Source: a virus (lineage: Duplodnaviria; Caudoviricetes). Taken from it: a stretch of DNA of 64,000 nt. Positions 1 through 9,225 of this stretch are shown one piece after another. Each line of letters starts with the position of its first letter. Position 1 is the first letter of the stretch. The notes below the pieces were generated by a model, which saw only the letters and a list, made by a program, of their open reading frames with translations, ran no database searches and was not told the DNA's origin. The position numbers were made by a program, and so were the translations under genes. The stretch is taken from positions 64,001 through 128,000 of IMG/VR virus record IMGVR_UViG_3300032320_001447; one strand, given 5' to 3'.

Positions 1-184
1 ACAAAAGATCTAGAGCGATCTGTGCTGCTAACATGGATTTACCGGATCCGGCTTGTCCTTTTAAAACAGTTATTTTGTTATCGAGAATTATTGACTTGGC
101 TTGCTTTTGCTCCTCGTTTAATGGAATTAAAAACTTAATTGGATTTTTAGGAGACTTTTTTGCGATCGAGTTCGTATCAGTCAT
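1..184 (-). CDS. phoH: PhoH-family ATPase, N-terminal part (runs off window start)
   Basis: Not in ORF track. Manual translation from ATG at 184: MTDTNSIAKKSPKNPIKFLIPLNEEQKQAKSIILDNKITVLKGQAGSGKSMLAAQIALDLL; has the LNEEQK and G.AGSGKS Walker A pattern of PhoH. Confidence 0.85.
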   Translation of the reverse strand, partial: MTDTNSIAKKSPKNPIKFLIPLNEEQKQAKSIILDNKITVLKGQAGSGKSMLAAQIALDLL

Positions 185-212
185 TCAAATACCTTTCTAG
201 ATAAATATGCAT

Positions 213-243
213 AAAAAAAGACCCAACTTACGTTGGGCCTTTC
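213..243 (-). terminator. Rho-independent terminator after major capsid gene
   Basis: Minus strand AAAGGCCCAAC-GTAA-GTTGGGTCTTTTTTT, hairpin plus U-tract ~20 nt after the stop. Confidence 0.85.
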
Positions 244-264
244 TTATATAGATCTTAAAATAGA

Positions 265-1986
265 TTAAACTACTTGTAAGTCTGCTACTACTACTAAACC
301 ATAGAATTCTGGACGGATCATAGTCATCGCGTAACGAGTCATGATACCTTTTCTTGGAGTGAAGGTATTTGGATCGTACACTAATGGAGTCATGATCAAT
401 GGAACATATGGAGAATATACAGCACCAGCTTCTAAGAACTGAGTACCACGGAAACCTAACAAGATAACGTTTTCAGTCATGTAAGGATTCTTGTACACTT
501 TGTAGCGGCTGTTTAAAGCACCTACTTTCTGAACACCGAATGCATATTTCATTGTATCTGCTGCACCGTCAGTATCAGCCGCAAATCCTGGGATTGATTC
601 CAAGATTGTAGCTACTGCTGGAGAAACTACCATGAAGTTAGCGCCGCCACGTAAAGTACGTTGGTGAATGATGTTAGAAACTTTTTGTAACTTGATACCA
701 ATAGTTTGGAACCAAGTCATTTGGTTGTAATACAAACCACTTGTATTAGAAGTAAACGCATTTTTAGAAGCGTTGATTTGATCACCAACTCTAGCTGACC
801 AATACTCTACTGTTGGAGCGTTAGTAATTAACATATCTAAGATTTCTAAGTCGATCTCTAAAGAGATGTACTCAGATAATAAACCTGTTAATTCAGCTTC
901 AGCATCTAAAGAATGGTAAGCGTTCAAATCTTGTGCAAATTCTGGAGTCCATTGTGCCTTTAACTTTTTAGTCTTAGCGCTGATAGTTTGAGACTTCATT
1001 TGTACGTTGATCTCAGGGATAACGATTGAAGTAGCAGAAGCAGCGTTAGGAACAGAGAAGCCTTGAGTAGCAGTTCTGTCTTCAAAATCACCTCTTGTAG
1101 CAAAATCAGTTGCTTTATTGTAATCAATCTCATAAGATCCTGTAGCTATTGTACGAATAGCTGTAGAAGAGCTTACATAAAAAGAAATTTGTCCTTGGTT
1201 AGCTGAGTTATAATTGGTGAATTGAGATAATACATTGCTTGAATTGATACTTGCAGCAGAGCTACTTATTTGGAAAGCTCTAATTGAATCTAAGTCAAAA
1301 TTAGGAAGAATCGCAGAAGCACTAAAGAAAGTGATTTTAGCGATTTGACCAGCAAGAAGAGATGCTGAGTAATCTGAATTAAACTCAAGTTCAGCGAAAT
1401 CTGACATTAATAATACTGAAGCTGTACCTGAGCTGATAGTTGGATAACCACCAGATGTAGATCCAGTCGCAGAAATTCTAGATGCAGAGAATTGGTTAGT
1501 TGAATAACCAAAACGGCCAGAACCATATAAAGCACCAGCAGCAGCGTTACCGAAGTTAGCTGTGTTTGTACCGTATAAAGAATCACCAGCAGTGAAAGGA
1601 GACTTATTGTTTCCGTATTGGAAATCTAAGAAGAATACTAAACCAGCAGGTAAGTTCATTGGTTGAACAGAAACGAATTCTTTTGCAGCGATTTGACCGA
1701 AGATCTTACGAACTAAAGGTAAAGCTACACCAGCCCATTGTTCTCCAGTGCCTGGAGTGAAAGTAGCGCCGTTTGAAACACCGCCACCTGTGTTAGAAGA
1801 CTCAACTACTAATTGCTTAGCTTGGTTTTCTAAGATCATAGCCATATTAGCTTGGTCGTTTCCTTCCAAACCTTCTAAAAGGCCAGATTTTGCCCACTTC
1901 TTAGAAAGCTTTTGAGCTACAGTAAACTGAGCTTGTTGAGCGTTCTGAGCAGACTCATTTAATAATGATTGTACTAAGTTTGCCAT
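265..1986 (-). CDS. gp23: Major capsid protein, T4 gp23-like, with Ser/Thr-rich insertion
   Basis: Motifs LENQ, LPLVR, VQPMNLP, KTKKLKAQWTPEFAQDL, DAEAEL..LSEYISLEID, YSPYVPL, FTPRKGIMTRY. Confidence 0.96.
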   Translation of the reverse strand: MANLVQSLLNESAQNAQQAQFTVAQKLSKKWAKSGLLEGLEGNDQANMAMILENQAKQLVVESSNTGGGVSNGATFTPGTGEQWAGVALPLVRKIFGQIAAKEFVSVQPMNLPAGLVFFLDFQYGNNKSPFTAGDSLYGTNTANFGNAAAGALYGSGRFGYSTNQFSASRISATGSTSGGYPTISSGTASVLLMSDFAELEFNSDYSASLLAGQIAKITFFSASAILPNFDLDSIRAFQISSSAASINSSNVLSQFTNYNSANQGQISFYVSSSTAIRTIATGSYEIDYNKATDFATRGDFEDRTATQGFSVPNAASATSIVIPEINVQMKSQTISAKTKKLKAQWTPEFAQDLNAYHSLDAEAELTGLLSEYISLEIDLEILDMLITNAPTVEYWSARVGDQINASKNAFTSNTSGLYYNQMTWFQTIGIKLQKVSNIIHQRTLRGGANFMVVSPAVATILESIPGFAADTDGAADTMKYAFGVQKVGALNSRYKVYKNPYMTENVILLGFRGTQFLEAGAVYSPYVPLIMTPLVYDPNTFTPRKGIMTRYAMTMIRPEFYGLVVVADLQVV

Positions 1987-2011
1987 TTGTTATGGAATTA
2001 AAATTTTTAAA

Positions 2012-3142
2012 TTATTTGATACCAGCTAATTTTTGCATTCTAGAGATAAAAGGATCTGATTCGATCGTTTGTGTCTGCTTAGGTGCAAGTCCAGCTGCTT
2101 GTGATGCAAAACCTTCGTTAATTGATTTCTTTTTAGAAACAGCGAAAGATTCATTTAAAGTAGCAAATGTGTTCTTAACTTCTTTAACTGTAGTAGCTCT
2201 ATCGAAAGCGTTGATAGCTTTGATCTTTTGAGATTCAGTTAATGATTTAGCTTTAAACAATTTGTTCATGAATAAGTACTTAGCGTTTAATAAGTTAACT
2301 TCTTTCAATTGAGTTTGTAAATAAGAGATTGTTTGATTTGCTTCTTTCAATTGTTTTTCAGTTCCAGGAACTACTAATTGCTCTTGCTCGTCCATCTCAT
2401 CTTTACCTTCTTCCATTTCTTCTTTCTTCTCTTCAACTTTTTCTTTTGAAGCTTCTTCTAATTCAGCAAAAATTTCGTCTAAATTGATGTCGTCAGTAGC
2501 TTCGTCGCCTTCTGCACCTTCTTCATCAGCTTGATAAGGAGCTAAAATGTCTTTTAATTGACCCAAAGTGATAGTGATTACTTTTTCTTCTTCTTCACCA
2601 TCCATTTCTTCTTCGTCATCCATTTCAACTTCTTCTTCACCGTCTTCTTCAGACTTTGCTTCGTAGTTCATGTCGTCTTCGCCTTCTTCCATTTCTTCTT
2701 CTGTGCCCTCTTCCATTTCGCCTTCGTGGTCTGCGCCTTCGTTAGCTAATGCTTCAAGTTCACCTAAGATTTCTTCAAGAGACGTTTCGTCCATTTCGTC
2801 AGCTTCATCCATCTCTTCAGTCTCGTCCATTTCCTCAGCTTCATCCATTTCTTCAGCCTCATCCATCTCTTCGGCTTCGTCCATTTCTTCTGCTTCGTCC
2901 ATTTCCTCAACTTCGTCAAGTTCTTCAGCATCTTTTTTGTGCTTCTTTTCCTCGACTTTGTGTTTCGCTTCGTCCATTTCTTCAGCTTCGTCCATTTCGT
3001 CAGCAGCTTCTTCAACGGTCTTGCGGAACATTTCTTTCAGTTTAGGTTCAAATGCTTCTTCTAATGCAGCTTTAGCGTTAGCCATGGCGCTAGCTCTTAG
3101 TGCTTTTGCGTCAGCAATTGCCTCTTTGTACAAATTTTCCAT
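2012..3142 (-). CDS. Prohead core scaffold protein (gp22-like position)
   Basis: Very acidic coiled-coil protein between protease and capsid genes; tandem EMDEAE repeats; C-terminal RMQKLAGIK. Confidence 0.8.
   Translation of the reverse strand: MENLYKEAIADAKALRASAMANAKAALEEAFEPKLKEMFRKTVEEAADEMDEAEEMDEAKHKVEEKKHKKDAEELDEVEEMDEAEEMDEAEEMDEAEEMDEAEEMDETEEMDEADEMDETSLEEILGELEALANEGADHEGEMEEGTEEEMEEGEDDMNYEAKSEEDGEEEVEMDDEEEMDGEEEEKVITITLGQLKDILAPYQADEEGAEGDEATDDINLDEIFAELEEASKEKVEEKKEEMEEGKDEMDEQEQLVVPGTEKQLKEANQTISYLQTQLKEVNLLNAKYLFMNKLFKAKSLTESQKIKAINAFDRATTVKEVKNTFATLNESFAVSKKKSINEGFASQAAGLAPKQTQTIESDPFISRMQKLAGIK
2787..2912 (-). repeat. 18-nt coding tandem repeat (EEMDEA x ~7) in scaffold
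   Basis: Repeated tccatttcttcagcttc-like units on the + strand. Confidence 0.85.
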
Positions 3143-3286
3143 TTGTTATAAAATAATGTGTGTTCTGATTGCTTATTGTAATGTGAAGCAATATGTAGAT
3201 AAAATTCGTGTAGCTACCGCATTAGAAAGCGGTGCATGTACCAATAAATACGGCACTTTTTTCGAAAAATATGTATATACTAAAAA

Positions 3287-3934
3287 TTATTTGGTCAAAC
3301 AACAAACTCCGCTCTGAGAACAGATTAGGTCTGAAATGAGACGGCTTGCTCTTTCGTACTTATTTGTCATAGCCATTTGTAAATCGATTGATTCTCTAAG
3401 ACCTGGTGCGCTTGGGTTGGCAACAGGCTTCATGTAAGCTCCGTAAGTTGATGGAGTGGAAACAAAGTCCCAACAAATAAGATCCAAGTCGTCTTCTACT
3501 TGAACCAAACCTTCGCCAATTGGAATAACAGATCCCAAAGCTCTAGAAGAGATGCCTACGGTGATGTTATTTGCGAAAAGTTGAGTAAGTATGTTTCCTG
3601 ATGGTGTAGGTAGGATTTCTATTTGACCGTAAAGATCTTTGTCTTGCCACCAAAGTTTAACGATGTTATGGCTAACGTTCTTTAAGTTAATAACCGTAGA
3701 CTCTGGGTGATCTAATTCTCCCAAAGCTCTATTTTCTCTGATTGGCCCGTTCATGTACTTTTCTACTTGCGTAAATAGTACTTCGTAAGGATATATTCTT
3801 TTGTTGGCATTTGGCTTATCGCATGCTTGCACTTGTCCGCTAACGATTAGGTTACCGTTTGTGTGTCTTCTACTCTCGTTCAATGAAACTGTAGGAGTAA
3901 AGTAAGCAGTCTCTATAAGTAATTGTTTTGCCAT
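3287..3934 (-). CDS. gp21: Prohead core protease, T4 gp21-like
   Basis: NANKRIYP, ALGELDHP, VSHNI, GISSRALGS, WDFVSTPS motifs. Confidence 0.95.
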   Translation of the reverse strand: MAKQLLIETAYFTPTVSLNESRRHTNGNLIVSGQVQACDKPNANKRIYPYEVLFTQVEKYMNGPIRENRALGELDHPESTVINLKNVSHNIVKLWWQDKDLYGQIEILPTPSGNILTQLFANNITVGISSRALGSVIPIGEGLVQVEDDLDLICWDFVSTPSTYGAYMKPVANPSAPGLRESIDLQMAMTNKYERASRLISDLICSQSGVCCLTK

Positions 3935-5313
3935 TATGCTACAGTTGTTGAGGTCGCAGATTTAATGCCCTTTTGTTTGTAATTTTGAGCTGTCTTCGTG
4001 CCTTTTCCAGTTGGAACTACGTCTAAAGTAACTTCTTGACCTTGAGGATTTTTACCTTTTACAATATCCATAGCTTCATCTACGTCTTTTTTCTTTTTAT
4101 CTAAACCCAAAGCCTTTCTTAGTTTTTCAACAATTCCCATAGTTTTCTTTTGGCGATCTGCGTCTATCTTAGAAGGGAAATCTGCAATTCCACCGAATGT
4201 TTTTTCTCCTTTTTTGTCCCAATCAGACCACATATTATCTCTTGCTTCTTTATCGTCAGCTTGAGATTTCATCGCGGCTAACTCTTTAGCTTTATCGATT
4301 ACGTTGCTTTGTCTGTTAATAATCATTGGCTCTTCGCCTTCTCTATGTATTTCTAATTCTAAAGTACCACCAATTATATTTTTTATAATACCGGTTTGAC
4401 TTTTGAATTCTTTAACGTCCTCTTCTGGTAAATCAACCTCTTGGCCCATGCCGTAAATAGGATGCATGTCCTCAGTTAACTCAACTTTTTTTTTAAGAAG
4501 GTCTTTTAAGATATCCAATTGAGCAGACTCTTTCATCATTTTAACACCTTTTGGATTACCTCTCTTATTCTCTTTCTTAGAAGCTTTTGTATTTGCTTTA
4601 GCATCGTTGAAGCCTTTAATCTTCTTCATGCCATTGTACTTATCAACAAAATTTCCGTCTTTAACTGGAGTCATGCCCAATCTAGCATCGGCTTTTTCAA
4701 TCTTTGCTGAGTTAGAAACTTGTAATTCGTCGTATGCAGTAGGATCTTTTGCTAATTTCTTAGTAGCTGTTGCAGTAGCTTTTGCGTAAGCCAAATTGTT
4801 AATTTGACCTCCTTTTAATAATTCTGCTTCAATGCCTTTCTTTAACAAGTAAGGATGGATGTTATCTGCAGCAGACGCTTCACTTAGAGATATTTTTTTT
4901 GCTGCTAAAGTTGGATCTTTTTTTGATGCGTTGTCCATGTAAGACTTATCTCCCCACCAAGCAATTACTGAATTGGTATCTGCGGTAGAATTGAATCTAG
5001 GCCCAGCTTTAAAAATATCTACGTGTTGTAGTTTGTTATTTGCGCGTATTAAGTTTTTTGCAAAACTCATAGCTTTTTGTACATCAGAAAACTTTTTAGC
5101 TTGTCTAATTCCATCAGAGTAATGAACTTCGTAATTCTCACTCATTTCTGATTCTTTAATAACGCCTTTGTTTTTAAGAATCTTAATAGAATCTTCGTAA
5201 GAAGTCATATTGGTGATAAAAGGTAACTGTTGGTCCCTTCTAACTTCGTATAAGAATTTTTCACGGCTGATTTCTCCGGCTCTGTGTTTCTTGAATAAGA
5301 TTGATACTGTCAT
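3934..5313 (-). CDS. Hypothetical head-cluster protein (putative prohead core/internal protein)
   Basis: 459 aa, Lys/Glu-rich, several L/I-x-E sites, own ATATTTAT motif upstream. Confidence 0.55.
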   Translation of the reverse strand: MTVSILFKKHRAGEISREKFLYEVRRDQQLPFITNMTSYEDSIKILKNKGVIKESEMSENYEVHYSDGIRQAKKFSDVQKAMSFAKNLIRANNKLQHVDIFKAGPRFNSTADTNSVIAWWGDKSYMDNASKKDPTLAAKKISLSEASAADNIHPYLLKKGIEAELLKGGQINNLAYAKATATATKKLAKDPTAYDELQVSNSAKIEKADARLGMTPVKDGNFVDKYNGMKKIKGFNDAKANTKASKKENKRGNPKGVKMMKESAQLDILKDLLKKKVELTEDMHPIYGMGQEVDLPEEDVKEFKSQTGIIKNIIGGTLELEIHREGEEPMIINRQSNVIDKAKELAAMKSQADDKEARDNMWSDWDKKGEKTFGGIADFPSKIDADRQKKTMGIVEKLRKALGLDKKKKDVDEAMDIVKGKNPQGQEVTLDVVPTGKGTKTAQNYKQKGIKSATSTTVA

Positions 5314-5324
5314 ATTGATAAATA

Positions 5325-5459
5325 TTATCTTCCTTGACCTTGATAGGTTTTTGGTCTTGGACTGTGCTTATTAAAACTCTTTTTACCTCCAGGTTGCCCT
5401 GATTTTCTTTTTCCGAAAACTAATTTTTCACTGCTTCCGGCTGACTTTATTTTTGCCAT
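5325..5459 (-). CDS. Small basic 44-aa protein ending YQGQGR
   Basis: Not in ORF track. MAKIKSAGSSEKLVFGKRKSGQPGGKKSFNKHSPRPKTYQGQGR fills the gap between two genes almost exactly. Confidence 0.7.
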   Translation of the reverse strand: MAKIKSAGSSEKLVFGKRKSGQPGGKKSFNKHSPRPKTYQGQGR

Positions 5460-5460
5460 G

Positions 5461-6399
5461 TTACTTTAAACTTTTAACCTTTTTGTAAATTTCTGCTAGC
5501 TGTCTTTCTAGCTTATTCACAACCTTACCAGTTCTTGGACTATAGTCCTCTTCCAATTCCATTTTCATGTTGGTAGAGTATTCCATTAACCTGTTTATTT
5601 CGTGTAACTTTTTGTTTATTGATTTCAATGCCTCGTGTAAAGCATCTTTGTTAGGTCTTGTTGCAGCCTCTCTTTTGAATTTATTGTAAGTCAAAGCTTC
5701 ATTTAAATCTTCGCTGCCGTATAAATGACTATCGCTAAAATTGTCGCCTATTACTTCTATATCTTGAGTTCCAAAGTCCATCATCATATCGTAGGCTAAA
5801 TCTTCATCGTCTGTATAGTATGTGTCTGATCCGTTTAACTCTACGCCCATGTAACTTGGATTGTCTCTAAGTACATCTAAAGCTCTTTTTGCATCTCTAA
5901 CTGAAACTTTAACGTAGTACTTTTTCTCTTCGTCTTCTGTTTGCATTTCTTGATCAGGTTCTGCTTGCTTTTTGATATATCTTTTAGAAACATCGTCGAA
6001 TGACCAATCGTCTTGATTAAATTCTTGGTAGTTTCTAGCTTGCTGATATTCCATTGGAGATAAAGAGTCTTTGTCCAAGTTTACTGGCTGTAAAACTCCC
6101 TCTTCCATTTCTTCGAACATCTGCTTGTATTGAAATCCTCCTTTAGATGGTCTGTTTGGAATAGATGGTGCAGATTTCCAACCCCATTTTTTTTGAGGAT
6201 ATATTTCTGCTTTACCTGCAGCTAATTTTGGTTCTACGTCTTTTACCTCGTTTTTCTTCTTTTTGAAAGCTTTCGTAGTTGAGTATTGTTCTCCAGTGCC
6301 AGGCGTAAATGTAGCTCCGTTAGAAACTCCACCACCAGTCGCACTTTCCTCTGATAGTAATCTTTGTGTTGCGAATTGATTATCGAAAGGTTTCTTCAT
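5461..6399 (-). CDS. Hypothetical head protein carrying a copy of the capsid N-arm peptide
   Basis: 312 aa; contains TGGGVSNGATFTPGTGEQ, identical to the major capsid protein. Confidence 0.65.
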   Translation of the reverse strand: MKKPFDNQFATQRLLSEESATGGGVSNGATFTPGTGEQYSTTKAFKKKKNEVKDVEPKLAAGKAEIYPQKKWGWKSAPSIPNRPSKGGFQYKQMFEEMEEGVLQPVNLDKDSLSPMEYQQARNYQEFNQDDWSFDDVSKRYIKKQAEPDQEMQTEDEEKKYYVKVSVRDAKRALDVLRDNPSYMGVELNGSDTYYTDDEDLAYDMMMDFGTQDIEVIGDNFSDSHLYGSEDLNEALTYNKFKREAATRPNKDALHEALKSINKKLHEINRLMEYSTNMKMELEEDYSPRTGKVVNKLERQLAEIYKKVKSLK

Positions 6400-7253
6400 T
6401 ATTTAGATACTCTTTTTAGCTCGTCAATTAATTCACAATATTGTAAAATTCCAGTAATGGTTTCGTCTTTAATAGCGATGCCCTCTTTTAATGGCTTTAT
6501 GAATTTAATTACTTCTTCTGCTTTTATTTTAGTAACTTTATCTTCTACTTTTTCAGTTTGCTCGATAAGTTCTTGCTTGATCTCTTTTAACTTAGTGTTT
6601 AAAAATTTTCTTAAATTAGCAGAATCAGATATGCTAGAAACGTATTCTTTTAAAATGCCCTTTTGTCTTTCAGAAAGGCCTTGGTATTTCTTATTGAATT
6701 TCTCAACCAATAATTTGTAGGTCAAAAGTCTGATCTCTTTGTCTTCATTCATTAACTCTTGAACCATTGATTGAGGCGCTTGCATGTCCTTAATAGAGTC
6801 TTGAGTAATGTGCTCCAAAAGATTGATCTTGTTTAGAACGATCTGCTTGGTATCTGAATTAGGGCTGTTTTGAGATTCAAATATTGTATAAACAGAAGCG
6901 TAAGGCTTGTAATTCTCTATCTTGGCTTTAAAAAAATCTTCTAGGTTGTAGTTCTTTTTAATTTCTTTGATTAGATTATACTTGGCTTGGCTGAGTGTGT
7001 CGTGGCTTAATTTCTTATATTGTTCTAAAATGGTTGAAATAAGAATCTCGGCCCTAGCTTCTGAAAGTTTTGGACTGGTTACGAAAGCGCTGTACAAGCT
7101 GTACTCTTTTCCCAATTCTGTGTTGGTAAAGTGCTTTTTAAGTATTTTAACAGCTTTAGAGTCCTGATTGTTCAAAAGGTCTGAAGTTGTCTGTCTTACT
7201 AAAAGTTCAAATAAAATACCGGTGTTACGATATTTAGAATGTTTAATTCCCAT
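6399..7253 (-). CDS. Hypothetical helical protein downstream of portal
   Basis: 284 aa, IKHSKYRNTGILFELLVRQ N-terminus, stop overlaps next start, late-type motif upstream. Confidence 0.6.
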   Translation of the reverse strand: MGIKHSKYRNTGILFELLVRQTTSDLLNNQDSKAVKILKKHFTNTELGKEYSLYSAFVTSPKLSEARAEILISTILEQYKKLSHDTLSQAKYNLIKEIKKNYNLEDFFKAKIENYKPYASVYTIFESQNSPNSDTKQIVLNKINLLEHITQDSIKDMQAPQSMVQELMNEDKEIRLLTYKLLVEKFNKKYQGLSERQKGILKEYVSSISDSANLRKFLNTKLKEIKQELIEQTEKVEDKVTKIKAEEVIKFIKPLKEGIAIKDETITGILQYCELIDELKRVSK

Positions 7254-7276
7254 AGCTATTTTGGATAGGCTTGCTA

Positions 7277-7284
7277 ATAAATAT
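7277..7284 (-). promoter_or_regulatory. Putative late promoter ATATTTAT (representative; - strand copies also at 201, 3244 [GTATTTAT], 5318, 11537, 17219, 19904, 52109, 57111, 62031)
   Basis: Reads ATAAATAT on + strand, consistently just upstream of minus-strand starts. Confidence 0.7.
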
Positions 7285-7293
7285 CTAAATATT

Positions 7294-9216
7294 CTAATCT
7301 AGATTGTCAATGATGTTGTCTTCGCTTAATAGGCTTGATTGTTCAAAAAGTTGAGTCTTTCTAGCATTCTGCTTCTCGAACATTTTCTCAATTGAGTTTT
7401 TGTTCTGTAAATAGATAGCCATAGTGTTCTCCATATTCAAAGCTCCACCTTTAAAAGTAACGCCAACCTTATCTTCCCTAGTCTCGGCATTTTGAGTATT
7501 CATATCGTAAACTCCAGCTCTTCCAAATGGAGATTCGTCGGTTCCGTATATAGATTTGTATTTTTGTGGTCTTCCAGGAATCTTCATTGGCTCTTTTGGA
7601 TTTGTCTCATCGTAGCCTCTAGGCACATCTAGCGTACCATCACCTTTTCCACCGTATAAGCTTGCGATCTGATGAGGTGTACCAAATGCTTGGCCTGTTT
7701 CTGCTGGATCGTTTCCTTCCTCTGCGATTTGTTTGTATCTAAACTTGCGCTTTTGATCTTCTACAATAAGGTCATCTAACTCATCAAATTCGTCCTCAGA
7801 GATATTAAATACGTTCTTCCAAATATAATCTCTTGGTAAAGAAGAGTTTTCAACCGCTTGATTAGCAAGGTCAATCTTCTCTTTCATCATAGCAATTCTC
7901 TCTTGCTCGTATATAATAGAAGGATTAGTTAACTGAATATCGAAGTTAGTAATTGATTCGTTAGTGTAACCGTGAGCGTACAAGTGAACCAATGCCACTT
8001 TCTTCAATTCAGATACAATGATTCTTTGGATTCTCTCAATTGTTCTTGCAAAACGAATATCTTCAGCTGCTAAAGTTGCTTTACCTGTTAAGTCCTTTTC
8101 GTATCCCATGAATGCTTTAGGAACCTTTAACGCTGCAAATAGTTTCTCTCTAAAGTATTGAACGTCTTCGATAGCGTTGTACTCAAGACCTTTTGCGGTA
8201 TCAATTCTAGTAGATTGATCGTTACCTCTAACTGGAATAAAGAAGTCTTCCAATAAGTTTTGTTGGTTGAACTTCATATTGTATTGACCAGTTTGAGCAT
8301 CGATAAGTGGAGTTTTCTTCATCTTACCGATCATACGTTGAATGTAGTTCTCAACCTCGTTTGGTGGGATGGCTCCCACGTTAACGTAGAATGTTCTTCT
8401 TTCTGGGGCACGCGTAATTCTATGAATCAACATCGCATCTTCGATTAAAGTATATTGCTTGAATAGCTTTCTTGCTGGTTCCAAATAAGATCTACCGTAA
8501 GGTAAATAGTTTACGTCTCCTAAAAATCTAAAGTGAGCCATTTCGTACAAGTCAAACCAAATTCCTGGATCTTGATTGTTATAGGCCGAAGTGTATCCTG
8601 TTGTAGAACTTATAGCTGCGTTAGGATCGAACTTAAATCTTACTTCGTTTGGATTTTTTGGATTAAAACCTTCTTGTCTAACGATGTTGTAAGCAGAGAA
8701 TGGAATTACGTTGTAAACTCCAAACTTTTCTGCAATTTCTAATTTTAAATAGAAATCACCGTATTTACACATGTTTCTAATCCATGACCATAAGTTAAAT
8801 TCTATATTTAAAACTGAATAGAATAGGTTTTCTAGTAAATTTTGAATGTTTTCATCTGCAGAAGTAATGTGTAGTACTTGACCTTGATCGTTTTTTAGAG
8901 TACACTCATCTGCAATAATATCTAACGCAGAAGCAATGATAGCATCTGTATCCATTGCATCATAATCTGCATATATTTGTACACGAGCTGATTGATAGTT
9001 CTGAGCTAGATTTAGGTTAACTCCATAAGCTGTAGACGTAGTGTATACTTTGTGGAATCTATCAATTAAGGAGTTAGTTTGAATCACACCAGAAGTCTGA
9101 ATGTGTTCAGTATCTATCACTTGTAAATTCTTGCCGCCAGAATCTCTAATAATGACATCGGTCGAGAAGAGTCTTCTTAGCGCCGAAAATAGGTTGTCTT
9201 GTTTGTTTTCTGCCAT
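7294..9216 (-). CDS. gp20: Portal protein, T4 gp20-like
   Basis: ALDIIADE, YGRSYLEPARK, EDAMLIHRITRAPERR.FY, EDFFIP.RG, ALKVPK, EDIRFAR motifs. Confidence 0.95.
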   Translation of the reverse strand: MAENKQDNLFSALRRLFSTDVIIRDSGGKNLQVIDTEHIQTSGVIQTNSLIDRFHKVYTTSTAYGVNLNLAQNYQSARVQIYADYDAMDTDAIIASALDIIADECTLKNDQGQVLHITSADENIQNLLENLFYSVLNIEFNLWSWIRNMCKYGDFYLKLEIAEKFGVYNVIPFSAYNIVRQEGFNPKNPNEVRFKFDPNAAISSTTGYTSAYNNQDPGIWFDLYEMAHFRFLGDVNYLPYGRSYLEPARKLFKQYTLIEDAMLIHRITRAPERRTFYVNVGAIPPNEVENYIQRMIGKMKKTPLIDAQTGQYNMKFNQQNLLEDFFIPVRGNDQSTRIDTAKGLEYNAIEDVQYFREKLFAALKVPKAFMGYEKDLTGKATLAAEDIRFARTIERIQRIIVSELKKVALVHLYAHGYTNESITNFDIQLTNPSIIYEQERIAMMKEKIDLANQAVENSSLPRDYIWKNVFNISEDEFDELDDLIVEDQKRKFRYKQIAEEGNDPAETGQAFGTPHQIASLYGGKGDGTLDVPRGYDETNPKEPMKIPGRPQKYKSIYGTDESPFGRAGVYDMNTQNAETREDKVGVTFKGGALNMENTMAIYLQNKNSIEKMFEKQNARKTQLFEQSSLLSEDNIIDNLD

Positions 9217-9225
9217 ATCTTTATA

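Noticed and set aside
2558-3317. Plus-strand ORFs (Ser-rich 215 aa, Phe-rich 63 aa, 98 aa) and alternate-frame 83 aa over the scaffold gene
   Set aside because: Shadows of the EMDEAE repeat; low complexity, no independent start signals
1738-6339. Capsid peptide duplication as a DGR TR/VR pair or recent DNA duplication
   Set aside because: Differences are all synonymous third positions, indicating protein-level selection rather than mutagenic retrohoming or recent copying
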